Source: Candidatus Latescibacterota bacterium
GTDB taxonomy: Bacteria > Latescibacterota > UBA2968 > UBA8231
Reading direction: 5' to 3'
Assembly (NCBI GenBank): GCA_965217585.1
Contig: OZ244561.1
Location: 1,664,001 to 1,728,000 of the forward strand
Length of the DNA stretch: 64,000 nt
Made by a program: the position numbers and the translations under genes. The notes below the pieces were generated by a model that was not told the DNA's origin, made no database searches, and saw nothing but the letters and a program-made list of their open reading frames with translations. Below, in pieces: positions 50,301-60,051 of this stretch; positions within the stretch are counted from its first letter, which is position 1, and each line of letters opens with the position of its first letter.

Positions 50301-52745
50301 TCAAACCTCCCGCCGCCGCTGCCGCCACGCCGCCGCCACCACGCCCACAACCACCACCAACCCCACCACCACCGCCCCCCGCGCCCAAGCCAACACCGGC
50401 GAAAAATAGCGAAACTCCACCTCGTGTTCCCCCGCCGACAACGCCACCCCCTTCCATATATAGTTCACCCGCACCATCTCCGCCTCCTCCTCATCCACCC
50501 ACACCGACCAATTCGACTGGTAATTCTCCGACACCACCAACACGCGCGGCCCCGCGCTGTGCGTCCGCAGACGAATCAGCCCGTCCTTTGGATCATACGC
50601 CAGCCGCTCCACCCGGTCGCCAGCCCGGTCCCCCGTGCCATCGAGCCGCACCACCGGCGCGCCCTCCAACAAAGCCACCCGCTGCGGGTCCACCCGGCCA
50701 CTCAACAGCCGCGCCAACACCGCCTCGCCGCTGTCCAAAACCTCAGCTTCTGGCACCAAGTAAAACCACGGCAACGCCTGCGGATTTTCGTACAAACGAA
50801 AGCGCGCTCCCTCAAAGCGCAGCGGATACGCCGCCAGATTCAACTCTAAGGGCTTGGGCACGGCCAAATACTTCCCATTGAGCAAATTCAACAAAGATTG
50901 GAACGCCACAGACGGCGCACCCGCCCGCAAAAACTGCTGCACCAGCGGCTCAAACTCCCTCAGCATCCTATCGTAGCGCCCCACCGTCAAATCGTGAAAC
51001 CCCGTGATGGACCAAACCCCGTGCAAGTGATAGCCCGGCTCCTCCAGCACCCGGAAGCTAGGCAAGGGCAAGACGCGAAAAAGCGACTCATCGCTTTGCA
51101 AAAACTGCACCGCACGCGGATTCTCCCGGCGAATATCCGCATAGCGGCCCGGATCCCGATAGAGCAAATAAACCCGATCAACGCGCCACGTGTCGAACAA
51201 CGTCACCGCGCACAACCCCCCCACCATCACCGTCGCCGAAAGCTGCCCCCACAACCGCAAATAGAGCAACGCCACACCCGCGCCCACCGCCACCACCACG
51301 CACCAGCCACCGCGCGCGATCCAATCGTAGCTCCCAGCCAACACAGCCCGCTTTTGCGGCGCAATATCCTCGTAAAACACACTCATCCACGCATCGGTCG
51401 CCCCCTTGGGAAAGAGCGCGACCAGCAAAGCCAGCGCGGCGAGGATGCCGCCGACATAGGCCAAGCGGCCCCGCAGCAAGGCCCGCTCGTCCGCGTCCGC
51501 ATCCAACACCCGCTGCAAACCCAACCCCGCCAGCGCACACCCGGCAAACGCAAACACAAACGAACCCATGCCAATGGCGCGCTGCACGTCCGCCCCAGGC
51601 AGCAAGTGAAACGCCAGCCAATGCACGGGCGTATGCTCGCCCAACACGTAGGCCAACGCCAGCACAAACACGCCGCCCAGCAGCGCCACTTGCGGACGCC
51701 GCCGACACTCCGGCACCATCAGCAGCGCCAACAGCACGGCCAACGCGCCAAAATACTCGGAGTTGATCTTAAACGCATTGCGTCCCCAATAGCGCGAGCC
51801 GCCCTGCACCAACACATTGTCGTACCCGCCGAACTCCGGCACCACCAGCGAAGCCACTTCCTCGGGATGCAGCGACCAACTCCGCGCATACGCGAGCTGT
51901 TCCTCCACGGTCTTGCCCCCCACCTCATCGCCCGTAGCCCGCTTGGACTCGGCGCGGGTGTAGAGCATCACCGGAAAAGCCCCCTCAGCCCCCAACGCCA
52001 ATCCCAGCACCACCGCACCGATAAAGTGCGCCAAGCGCCGCACCAAGGCGACCCGCTCGCGGCGCATCTGGTACAACTTAAATAGGAAATAGACGCCGAG
52101 ACCCAGCAGCGCAAAGTACGTCATCGGCGGATGGGAGTAGATACACGCGCCAATCAGCGCGCCGAGAGCCGCCCAATAGATCAACCGACCCTGCGCCAAG
52201 GCCCGTTCCAACGCCCAGATGATCCACGGGAAAAGGGCGATGACGCCCATCTTGGCGTAGTGGCCGGCCAAGGGAAAGGCCAAGAAGGTCGGCGCGGACA
52301 TGAAGGCCACCCCGCCCCACAGTGCGGCGCGACCTCCCACGTGGATTTGGCGCAAGTACGCGTACATACCCAAGCCGGCGACGAACATCGTCAGGATGTA
52401 GCGCCACCCGACGTAGCGCTGAAAGGTCGTAAAAAAATACAAGACGTATGCCGGGAAGTACTGGGGACGAATGCCCTCGGACTGGGGGAAGCCGCCCATC
52501 TTGGGGTCCCACAGGGGCTGCGCCACGGTCTGCACCTTGTCCCAAAAGCTCAGGTCCGCGCCCTTGTGGTAGTCCGCGCCCACGTCCAAACCATAGACGA
52601 TCTTGTCCGACAGGGGGAACTCGTAGAAGTACAACAGGCTCAGGGCGAGAAAGAAGACCGGCGGGAACAGACGGTGATTCCACAGGGGCGGCCCAGCGGC
52701 CTTTGCCGGGGCTTGGGTTTTGGCGCGTTTGTTTTTTTTGACCAT
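50301..52745 (-). CDS. YfhO-family polytopic membrane protein (GT-C-like glycosyltransferase)
   Basis: Many TM segments, PLWDP...GFP, WSLHPEE, LYENPQALP, C-terminal W.VWVD...V.LSAGEHEVEFRY plus TM. Confidence 0.8.
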   Translation of the reverse strand: MVKKNKRAKTQAPAKAAGPPLWNHRLFPPVFFLALSLLYFYEFPLSDKIVYGLDVGADYHKGADLSFWDKVQTVAQPLWDPKMGGFPQSEGIRPQYFPAYVLYFFTTFQRYVGWRYILTMFVAGLGMYAYLRQIHVGGRAALWGGVAFMSAPTFLAFPLAGHYAKMGVIALFPWIIWALERALAQGRLIYWAALGALIGACIYSHPPMTYFALLGLGVYFLFKLYQMRRERVALVRRLAHFIGAVVLGLALGAEGAFPVMLYTRAESKRATGDEVGGKTVEEQLAYARSWSLHPEEVASLVVPEFGGYDNVLVQGGSRYWGRNAFKINSEYFGALAVLLALLMVPECRRRPQVALLGGVFVLALAYVLGEHTPVHWLAFHLLPGADVQRAIGMGSFVFAFAGCALAGLGLQRVLDADADERALLRGRLAYVGGILAALALLVALFPKGATDAWMSVFYEDIAPQKRAVLAGSYDWIARGGWCVVVAVGAGVALLYLRLWGQLSATVMVGGLCAVTLFDTWRVDRVYLLYRDPGRYADIRRENPRAVQFLQSDESLFRVLPLPSFRVLEEPGYHLHGVWSITGFHDLTVGRYDRMLREFEPLVQQFLRAGAPSVAFQSLLNLLNGKYLAVPKPLELNLAAYPLRFEGARFRLYENPQALPWFYLVPEAEVLDSGEAVLARLLSGRVDPQRVALLEGAPVVRLDGTGDRAGDRVERLAYDPKDGLIRLRTHSAGPRVLVVSENYQSNWSVWVDEEEAEMVRVNYIWKGVALSAGEHEVEFRYFSPVLAWARGAVVVGLVVVVGVVAAAWRQRRREV

Positions 52746-52796
52746 GAACGATCTCCGTGGGGCAACTACAGGTGTGTCCTATAGCAATCCTGAATA

Positions 52797-53002
52797 ACTG
52801 ACGTTACGCAGACTTATGTAGTGTCTGCCGCCTTGCTGCCCTGCCTGTCGTCATTCCCGCGAAAGCGGGAATCCAGCCCAGCGCCCTAGCCTCAAACGGC
52901 CTTTCTGGATGCCTGCTTTCGCAGGCATGACACCGGGACCGCACAGGCACCAAGCGGGCGGAAGAGGCTGCCCTAAGAAGACAGAGGCTGCGTAACATCA
53001 GT
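52797..53002. mobile_element. 206-bp MITE-like element
   Basis: TIRs ACTGACGTTACGCAG / CTGCGTAACATCAGT (14 of 15 match), flanked on both sides by GAATA (52792-96, 53003-07). Confidence 0.75.
52850..52931. repeat. REP/dRS3-like double palindrome inside the MITE
   Basis: GTCATTCCCGCGAAAGCGGGAATCCAG ... CTGGATGCCTGCTTTCGCAGGCATGAC. Confidence 0.8.
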
Positions 53003-53038
53003 GAATAACTTGAAAGCTTCAAGCGGCTTGCGGATAAC

Positions 53039-54163
53039 CTATCTGCGTCCATCTGCGGATAATCTAACCGTCCGCAAATACACCTCCTCCAAATCCTCCG
53101 CCAACCGATCCCAACCAAACCGCCCTGCCCACGCCCTGCCCGCCACTCCCAAAGACCGCCGCCTTGAGTCGTCGGCGATCAGCGCCCGCATCCCCGCTGC
53201 CAAAGCACCCACATCGTCAGGAGGCACCAACACCCCGGTCTCACCGTGGCGCACGGCGTCGCGCAGGCCGTCAATGTTGGTGCCCAACACGGCTTTGCCG
53301 GCGGCAGCGGCTTCTACGGCCACCATGCACCAACCCTCGTAGCGGGACGGAATGCAAACCATCAGGGCGCGGCGCAAGAGTTCGCCTTTTTGCTCCTCTT
53401 CCACACGCCCTATGATCTCCACACGGCTTTCCAATCTCGCCCGCCGCGTCAAGTCGCGCACCCTAGCGAGCTGTTTAGGGGTGCCGCGCCCGGCCAGCTT
53501 GAGGCGGATATCCGGATACTCGGCGACAATCTCGGCAAACGCGGCGATCAATAGATCGATCCCCTTGGTGTGTATATCCATGCGACCAAAGTAGAGCAAG
53601 TAAGGATCTTCCCCAGGCGCCAGCGCGAAAAAACGGCGATCGACGCCGCTATACACCAGATCAACCGCCGCGCCGCGCGCGCTCCGCTGAATGCGCGTTT
53701 GCACGCTGGGGGCAATCGTCAAGATGCGGCCATAGGCGCGCAGGGCGCGTTGCTCGCACAGCCACGCCACACCGCCCACGAGCGGATGCTTGACGAGGGC
53801 GTGCCGCCCCATGAAGTGATAAAACAAAAGCAGGCCCTGCCGCCGCAACGCAGCCGGGACGCGCAAGGGCGCGAAGGCCGAAAACTCGTTGATCCACAGG
53901 TCCCACTCTAGCCGCTGCAACTGGGCTACGGCCGCGTGGCAATAGCCCAAGCGGCTCAGGGCATAGCTGCGGGCCGAGCCAACGCGCAACAGGCGCAACC
54001 CGTGCCGTTCGGTCTCCGGCTCGGCCCCGGGGAAAAGACCACTGACGACGGTGATCTCGTGGCGGCTGGCCAGGCGGCGGTAGAGCTCCATCGCCCGCAC
54101 TGCGCCGCCGCCGCCTAACCACGGGTTGGCCATGTCGTCGTACATCAGATGGCAGATCTTCAT
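53039..54163 (-). CDS. Glycosyltransferase family 4 (GT-B)
   Basis: GGGA, LYFGRM...KGIDLLI, PSRYEGW.MVAVEAAA.GK.V, ETGVLVPP. Confidence 0.9.
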   Translation of the reverse strand: MKICHLMYDDMANPWLGGGGAVRAMELYRRLASRHEITVVSGLFPGAEPETERHGLRLLRVGSARSYALSRLGYCHAAVAQLQRLEWDLWINEFSAFAPLRVPAALRRQGLLLFYHFMGRHALVKHPLVGGVAWLCEQRALRAYGRILTIAPSVQTRIQRSARGAAVDLVYSGVDRRFFALAPGEDPYLLYFGRMDIHTKGIDLLIAAFAEIVAEYPDIRLKLAGRGTPKQLARVRDLTRRARLESRVEIIGRVEEEQKGELLRRALMVCIPSRYEGWCMVAVEAAAAGKAVLGTNIDGLRDAVRHGETGVLVPPDDVGALAAGMRALIADDSRRRSLGVAGRAWAGRFGWDRLAEDLEEVYLRTVRLSADGRR

Positions 54164-54180
54164 GGGCGAGTGCCCGTGCC

Positions 54181-54777
54181 TCAGAGTACGCCCTTGGTCG
54201 AAGGAATGCCCTGGACCCGCTCGTTCCGCTGCGCGGCCATGAGCAGGGCGCGGGCGAAGGCCTTAAAGAGGGCCTCAATGCCGTGGTGGGCGTTGTGGCC
54301 GCGCACGAGGTCGAGGTGCAGATTCATCCGCCCTTGGTCGGCCACCGCGTAGAAAAACTCGCGCACTAAGGACACATCCAGTGCGCCGACCCGCTCCTCG
54401 CTGAAGGCGGCGGCAAAGACCAAATAGGCCCGGCCCGACAAATCCATCACCGCCCGCGCGAGCGCCTCGTCCATGGGCACATAGCTGTGACCGTAGCGCT
54501 GAATGCCGGCCTTGTCGCCCAAGGCTTGGACGATGGCTTGGCCGAGGCAGATCCCTATGTCTTCCACCGTGTGGTGGGCATCCACGTGCAGGTCGCCGCG
54601 GCATTGGACCGCTAGGTCGCACAGGCCGTGCCGGGCCAAGGCGTGGAGCATGTGGTCGAAAAAGCCGAGGCCGGTGTCGGCGCGGCACTGGCCGCTGCCG
54701 TCGAGGCATAGCTGCAACTCGATCTCAGTCTCGGTCGTCTGGCGCACGATCCGCGCCGTGCGTTGATCTGCGCTCAT
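54181..54777 (-). CDS. hisB: Imidazoleglycerol-phosphate dehydratase
   Basis: FFDHML, DAHHTVED, PMDEAL, NAHHGIEA.FKA, PSTKGVL. Confidence 0.96.
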   Translation of the reverse strand: MSADQRTARIVRQTTETEIELQLCLDGSGQCRADTGLGFFDHMLHALARHGLCDLAVQCRGDLHVDAHHTVEDIGICLGQAIVQALGDKAGIQRYGHSYVPMDEALARAVMDLSGRAYLVFAAAFSEERVGALDVSLVREFFYAVADQGRMNLHLDLVRGHNAHHGIEALFKAFARALLMAAQRNERVQGIPSTKGVL

Positions 54778-56078
54778 GGTGTGGCCTTCTGTTGGCGGAT
54801 GCGGACGGCTTGCGCATGGGCCTCAAGGCCCTCGGCCTGCGCCATGCGGGCGATGTGCTCGGCCGTGTGGGCCAAGCGCTCGGGGGTGTAGGCGATGATG
54901 CTCGTCGTCTTGACGAAATCGGCCCACCCCAACGACGAGGCGTAGCGGGCCGCGCCTTGCGTCGGCAGCACGTGGTTGGTGCCGGCGAAGTAATCGCCGA
55001 CCGGCTCGGTGGAAGCCGCGCCGAGGAACAGCGCACCGCAGTGGCGAATGGCATCAATCCAGCGCCACGGGTCGGCCACCTGCAATTCGGCGTGTTCCGG
55101 CGCTAGGCGGTTGAGTAGCTCAATCCCCACTTCGAGACTAGGCACCACGACAATCGCGCCGTACTCTTCTAAGGCCCTATCTATAATTGAATAGCGCGGC
55201 AAGGCCGCTCGTTGCGCTTCGAGTGCCGCTTGCACGCGGCGCGCTAGGGCCGCGCAATCCGTGATGCACACGGCCGCCACTCCCCAGCCGTGCTCGGCTT
55301 GCGCGAGCAAATCCGCGGCCACCAAGCGCGGGTCAGCCCCCGCGTCGGCGAGCACCACAATTTCCGACGGGCCGGGCAACAGCGCGATGCCCACCGCGCC
55401 GAAGACCTGCCGCTGCGCGGCCACCGTATAGGGAGAACCCGGGCCGACGATCTTGTGTACCGGCGAGATGCTCTCCGTGCCATAAGCCAGCGCTCCCACG
55501 GCCTGCGCCCCGCCCACGGCGTACACCTCGTCAATGCCCAACAAGCGCGCAGCAGCCGCAATCACTGGGGCCGGCCGACCGGCCGCTACCGGCGGCGTGA
55601 CCACGCAGAGCTGGTCCACGCCAGCCACCTGCGCGGGCACGGCCGTCATCAGCAAGCTCGAAAACAGCGGCACCTCGCCAGCCGGCACGCACAGCCCCAC
55701 CCGCTCGATGGGCGTGATTTTCTTGCCCAGCACCACCCCGTCACCGTCTTCGACAAACCAAGAATTGAGTTTTTGCCGCTCGTGGAAGGCGCGGATATTA
55801 GCTGCGGCCGCCTCCATAGAGGCGCGCAGGCTCGGGTCGAGCGCGGCCTCGGCCTCGGCGAGCACAGACGCTGGAACCCGCAACTGCCCAGGGCATACCT
55901 CCACGCCATCGAAGCGCTGCGTCAACGCGCACAACGCGGCATCGCCTTCTTCCCGCACCTGCCGCAGAATATCCCGCACCGCGTCCTCGACCTCGGGGTC
56001 GGATTCGGGGCGGCGAGCCAACAGAGCGGCCAACGGAGCGGCCAGCGGCTCGGAGGGATAGGACGCAATGGGCACCAT
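54774..56078 (-). CDS. hisD: Histidinol dehydrogenase
   Basis: GGAQAVGALAYGT, KIVGPG, GPSE, DLLAQAEH, APEH, GDYFAGTNHVLPT; true start ATG 56078 overlaps the hisG stop. Confidence 0.94.
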   Translation of the reverse strand: MVPIASYPSEPLAAPLAALLARRPESDPEVEDAVRDILRQVREEGDAALCALTQRFDGVEVCPGQLRVPASVLAEAEAALDPSLRASMEAAAANIRAFHERQKLNSWFVEDGDGVVLGKKITPIERVGLCVPAGEVPLFSSLLMTAVPAQVAGVDQLCVVTPPVAAGRPAPVIAAAARLLGIDEVYAVGGAQAVGALAYGTESISPVHKIVGPGSPYTVAAQRQVFGAVGIALLPGPSEIVVLADAGADPRLVAADLLAQAEHGWGVAAVCITDCAALARRVQAALEAQRAALPRYSIIDRALEEYGAIVVVPSLEVGIELLNRLAPEHAELQVADPWRWIDAIRHCGALFLGAASTEPVGDYFAGTNHVLPTQGAARYASSLGWADFVKTTSIIAYTPERLAHTAEHIARMAQAEGLEAHAQAVRIRQQKATP

Positions 56079-56956
56079 CAATACACGACTTTGTGGAGCG
56101 GGTATTCGATGATGCCTTCGGCCCCGAGCCGCTTGAGCTGGGGAATGAGCTCGCGCACCACGCGCTCGTCGGCGACGATTTCCAGCGCCACCCACTCGGC
56201 GTCCATCTGGCTGGAGACCGTGGGCGTGTGCAGGGCCGGCAGCCGGGCGATGACGCGGTCGAGCTGGGCGCGCGGCACGTTCATCTTGAGGCCGACCTTG
56301 TGCTCGGCTTCGAGCGCACCCGTGAGCAGCATCAGCAAGTTCTCGGCCTTCTCCCGCTTCCAGCCATCGGCCCACGCGGCCTTGTTGGCAATCAAGCGCG
56401 GCGTTGATTCGCAAACCGTATCGACGATCCGCAGCCGGTTGGCCTTGAGCGACGCGCCCGTCTCGGTCGCCTCGACGATGGCGTCCACCAGCCCGGGAAT
56501 GCCGGCCTTGACCTCGGTCGTGCCCCACGAAAACTCCACCTCGGCCTCCACGCCGCGCGCCTGCAAGAAGCGGCGCGTCACGCCAACCAACTCGCTGGCA
56601 ATGCGGTGGCCCTGCAGGTCTTCGACGCATTGGATGGCGGAATCCTCGGGCACGGCAATGACCCAGCGCAAGGGCCGCGCCGTGCTCTTGCTGTAGGTCA
56701 GCTCGCCGACTTCGACTACCTCGGCCTCGCTTTCGAGGATCCAATCTCGGCCCGTCAGGCCGACATCGACGACGCCGCGCGCCACGTACTGGGCAATTTC
56801 CTGCGCCCGGAACATCAGGCCCGCAAGCTGGGGGTCGTCGATGTCGGGCACGTACGAGCGCGGCGCGAGCCGCACCCGATACCCAGCCCGGACAAACAGG
56901 TCAAACGTGGACTCCTGCAAGCTCCCGGACGGGAAGCCGATCTTCAATTCCTTCAT
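56078..56956 (-). CDS. hisG: ATP phosphoribosyltransferase (long form)
   Basis: PSGSLQE, RAQEI, D.GLTG.DW, FSWGTTE, ETGASL.AN.L and a C-terminal regulatory domain. Confidence 0.95.
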   Translation of the reverse strand: MKELKIGFPSGSLQESTFDLFVRAGYRVRLAPRSYVPDIDDPQLAGLMFRAQEIAQYVARGVVDVGLTGRDWILESEAEVVEVGELTYSKSTARPLRWVIAVPEDSAIQCVEDLQGHRIASELVGVTRRFLQARGVEAEVEFSWGTTEVKAGIPGLVDAIVEATETGASLKANRLRIVDTVCESTPRLIANKAAWADGWKREKAENLLMLLTGALEAEHKVGLKMNVPRAQLDRVIARLPALHTPTVSSQMDAEWVALEIVADERVVRELIPQLKRLGAEGIIEYPLHKVVY

Positions 56957-57891
56957 CTCGCTCCTAACTCAGTTCCTCTCATCGCCTCGGCGACTTGGGG
57001 GCTTAGCTTGTACAGAGCTTGCCGTGCCGCGGTCTGGTCTTTTTCCGTGCCCTCCTTCATCAGCCGCTGCAAGTGCGGCACGGCCCGCGCATCGCCCACC
57101 TCGGCGAGGGCATGCACGGCCTTGCTGCGGATGCTCTGGAGTTCGTCGGCGTCGAGGGCGACCACCAGCGCTTCGTAGATGGCGGCGCGAGCGGGCGCGC
57201 CGAGCGGCGCGTGGCCGATGTGGCCGAGGGCCTGCACGGCCACGTAGCGCACCTCATCCGAGGGGTCCAGCGACATGCGAATGACTTCTTCGGCCGCGTC
57301 GCGGTACCCGTAGGCGCGCAGGCTCTGCAAGGCGGCGATCCGCCACTTGGGCTTGGGGGCGCGCAAGGCGCGGCGCACCACGCGGAAGGCCGAGTCGCTC
57401 AAAGTCGGCTCGGCTGCGTACGAATGGCACGCGCCGAGCGCACCGAGCACGTATTGGCGCACTTCTACCGTGGGGTCGCGCACGTACTTGAGCAGCGGGG
57501 CAAGCGCGGTGGGCGCGCCGATCTGGCCCAGCGCCCACGCGGCCGCCGCCGCCACTCGCGGCGACCGGTCTTTTAGGGACGCGACCAAGGTCGGCACGGC
57601 GCGCTCGTCCTTAAAGCGGCCCAACAGGTGCATCACCTCAAACCGCACGCGGATATAGCCGGAGTCGGCTTCCTCAATAAGCAGGGGAACGACCTCGTCG
57701 GCGTCGAAGCGAATGAGCTGGTTGGCGGCTTTGATGCGCTCGACTTTTTGCCGGCTTTTGAGCTGGTGAATGTACTCTTCCGGCGCGGGGCCCCCACACG
57801 CGATGCCCAAGCCCGCGCCCAGCAGCAAGACCCAAAGGGCGAGTCGCGTGCTGCTGCCAAATTTTTGTTTTTTAAAAAAAGTGCCGGCCAT
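56953..57891 (-). CDS. HEAT/PBS-repeat lipoprotein
   Basis: Lipobox LGIAC and repeated VR..A..ALG.IG units; start uncertain (57891 or 57909). Confidence 0.8.
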   Translation of the reverse strand: MAGTFFKKQKFGSSTRLALWVLLLGAGLGIACGGPAPEEYIHQLKSRQKVERIKAANQLIRFDADEVVPLLIEEADSGYIRVRFEVMHLLGRFKDERAVPTLVASLKDRSPRVAAAAAWALGQIGAPTALAPLLKYVRDPTVEVRQYVLGALGACHSYAAEPTLSDSAFRVVRRALRAPKPKWRIAALQSLRAYGYRDAAEEVIRMSLDPSDEVRYVAVQALGHIGHAPLGAPARAAIYEALVVALDADELQSIRSKAVHALAEVGDARAVPHLQRLMKEGTEKDQTAARQALYKLSPQVAEAMRGTELGAR

Positions 57892-58032
57892 ATCGCGTTC
57901 TCTATTCAATGATTGATATATTTATGGAAGCGTCTAAGGAGTTTGCGGAGGCTATCCTTTATTCAATTATATATGGTATCTATTAAAATAAAGGCCGACC
58001 ATAACATCGTCCACTGCACCAGTTTCCCGTCT

Positions 58033-58061
58033 TTGACAATACTCCTAGTGACTTTTATACT
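58033..58061 (+). promoter_or_regulatory. Near-consensus sigma70 promoter of the selW-TPR-rdgB-ABC operon
   Basis: TTGACA, 17-nt spacer, TATACT. Confidence 0.85.
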
Positions 58062-58092
58062 TTTCCAATCCCTATTCCACAGGAGGTTCCCC

Positions 58093-58326
58093 GTGAACTT
58101 GGAACTCATTTACTGCTCTGCTTGAGGCTACGAAACCAAAGCCGCCAGTTTGGCGGAACAGTTACTCGTCGCCTACAAGAAAGACGTCGCCGCCTTCTCG
58201 CTAGTGCCCTCAGACCGGGGGAAGTTCGAACTCAGCCTCGATGGCGAGCTGATCTTTTCCAAGCTGCAAGAAGGCCGCTTTCCCGACGCCGGCGAAGTCG
58301 AGGCCCGGCTCGCCGCTCGCGGATAA
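58093..58326 (+). CDS. SelW/SelT/Rdx-family selenoprotein (CxxU) with in-frame UGA at 58123-58125
   Basis: SD AGGAGG and GTG start; reads MNLELIYCSA-U-GYETKAASLAEQLL...LVPSDRGKFELSLDGELIFSKLQEGRFPDAGEVEARLAARG, a typical Rdx fold sequence. Confidence 0.92.
58126..58160 (+). promoter_or_regulatory. Candidate bacterial SECIS element
   Basis: Hairpin CCGCCA-GTT-TGGCGG (58142-58156) begins 16 nt after the UGA, with G as the first loop base. Confidence 0.65.
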
Positions 58327-58374
58327 ACGCCCGTCCACGTCTTTACTCCATACGAGACACGAGGAGGCTCCGTT

Positions 58375-59433
58375 TTGAAGTACTGCCGCTTGATCAGTTT
58401 CGCGCTCGCGCTTTTGAGCGCACCTGCCCTCGCCCAGTCGCCCGAAGCCCTCGATTACTTCCGCACGGGCTACGACTTAGCCAAGAAGGGCAGCTACCGC
58501 AACGCCGCCATCGAGCTAGAAATGGCCGTGGCGGCCGATTCCTCCTACGGCGCCGCCCACTACGTCCTCGGCCTTTCCTACAAGGCCCTCAACGAGTACG
58601 ACAAATCCATCACCAGCTTTACCGCAGCCCATGCCCTCGGCACCAAGCCAGAACAGGCCGCTAAGGCACTGGGCCAGCTCTATGAAAAGGCCGCCCTCAA
58701 CAGCTTTCGCCAAAAGAAATACCGCGAATCCATCGACTATTTTACTAAAGCGCGCGACTTCACCTCGCAAAGCGCCCAATCCCTCTACGTCATGGGCCTT
58801 TCCCACAGTGGCCTGCACGAGAAAGACAAGGCCAAAGTGGCCTTTGCCGAGGCCATAGCGGCCGATCCCACCGACGCCAGACCCTACAATGCCCTCGGCG
58901 ACATCCAGCGCCTCAGCCGCGACTACGGCAAAGCCATCGTCACCTACCAGCGTTCCATAGAGGCCGACCCCACGTACATGGAATCATACGGCGACTTGGC
59001 GCGGTTGAAGTTCAAGACCCAAGACACAGAGGGCATCGTGCCGCTTTTGCAAAACGCCCTAAAGATCGACGACACGTACGCCGAAGGGCACCGCTTGCTC
59101 GGCATTGCGCTCAACCAGCTCGGCCGTTTCCACGAGGCCATTGCCCCGCTGAACAAGGCAGCCGATCTAGACAAGGCCTACTGCGAGACGCATTACCGGC
59201 TGGGCGAGGCCCACTACGGCATGGGCAACTTCCGCCAAGCCATTGAGCACACCCGGCGCGCCACGAGTTGCCAATCTGACTACCGAGCCGCCGAAGTGCT
59301 ACTGGGCGACGCGCATTTTCAGCTAGGCCAACGACAGGAAGCGCGGCGCTGGTACAACCGAGCGGTAAAAGACACCCGCTACAAGGACTACGTAGCGAGC
59401 AAACTCTCAGAGATTGACGAGCAGCCCCAATAG
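58375..59433 (+). CDS. Secreted tetratricopeptide-repeat protein
   Basis: SD GAGGAGG, TTG start, signal peptide (ALA-Q) and about nine TPR-like units. Confidence 0.85.
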   Translation: MKYCRLISFALALLSAPALAQSPEALDYFRTGYDLAKKGSYRNAAIELEMAVAADSSYGAAHYVLGLSYKALNEYDKSITSFTAAHALGTKPEQAAKALGQLYEKAALNSFRQKKYRESIDYFTKARDFTSQSAQSLYVMGLSHSGLHEKDKAKVAFAEAIAADPTDARPYNALGDIQRLSRDYGKAIVTYQRSIEADPTYMESYGDLARLKFKTQDTEGIVPLLQNALKIDDTYAEGHRLLGIALNQLGRFHEAIAPLNKAADLDKAYCETHYRLGEAHYGMGNFRQAIEHTRRATSCQSDYRAAEVLLGDAHFQLGQRQEARRWYNRAVKDTRYKDYVASKLSEIDEQPQ

Positions 59434-59442
59434 GCGGTCGTA

Positions 59443-60051
59443 ATGGCGCTGCTGTTGGCCTCGAACAACGCCGGCAAGCTGCGCGAAGTCCGCGCTCTGT
59501 TTGCCGAGGTCGAGGTCGTCGCGCCGGCCGAACTCGGCTTACAGCTCTGCGTCGAGGAAAGCGGCCAGACCTTTGCCGCCAACGCCCAGCTCAAGGCCCG
59601 CGCCTATGCCGCGGCCAGCGGACAAATCGCCCTCGCCGACGACTCCGGGCTTGAGGTGGATGCCCTCGGCGGTGCGCCCGGGATCTACTCGGCCCGCTAC
59701 GGCGGCCCCGACCTCGACGACGCCGGCCGCGGCCGGCTCTTGCTCGCCCAACTCGCGCCCTATCCTGCGCCAGCGCAACGCCGTGCTCGGTTCCGCTGCG
59801 TCCTCTGCGCAGCAAGTCCCGACGGCCACCACTGCCAAGCCGAGGGCACCTGTGAAGGGCTGATCGCCTCGGCCCCAGCCGGGACCAACGGCTTTGGCTA
59901 CGATCCGGTCTTTTTGCTCCCCGCCTACGCCAAAACTATGGCCCAGCTCGACCCGCATATAAAAAACGGTCTCAGTCACCGCGCCCAGGCGCTGGCGGCC
60001 ATGCGCCCGCTGCTGGCCAGCACCTTTCCCGAGCTCGCCCTCTCCCGCTAA
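59443..60051 (+). CDS. rdgB: dITP/XTP pyrophosphatase (RdgB/HAM1)
   Basis: ASNNAGKLRE, ADDSGLEVDAL.GAPGIYSARY, GFGYDPVF, SHRAQA. Confidence 0.95.
   Translation: MALLLASNNAGKLREVRALFAEVEVVAPAELGLQLCVEESGQTFAANAQLKARAYAAASGQIALADDSGLEVDALGGAPGIYSARYGGPDLDDAGRGRLLLAQLAPYPAPAQRRARFRCVLCAASPDGHHCQAEGTCEGLIASAPAGTNGFGYDPVFLLPAYAKTMAQLDPHIKNGLSHRAQALAAMRPLLASTFPELALSR

Noticed and set aside
53029-53065. ATCTGCG/GCGGATAA short repeats at the end of the GT4 gene
   Set aside because: Possibly half of a small palindromic repeat family, but too short and unpaired to support a call.
54774-56744. 656-aa hisD with a long N-terminal extension
   Set aside because: The extension is an alternative frame over hisG; HisD homology starts at ATG 56078.
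58122-58664. 180-aa plus-strand ORF in the track
   Set aside because: Out-of-frame overlap of the selenoprotein and TPR genes; no recognisable motifs.
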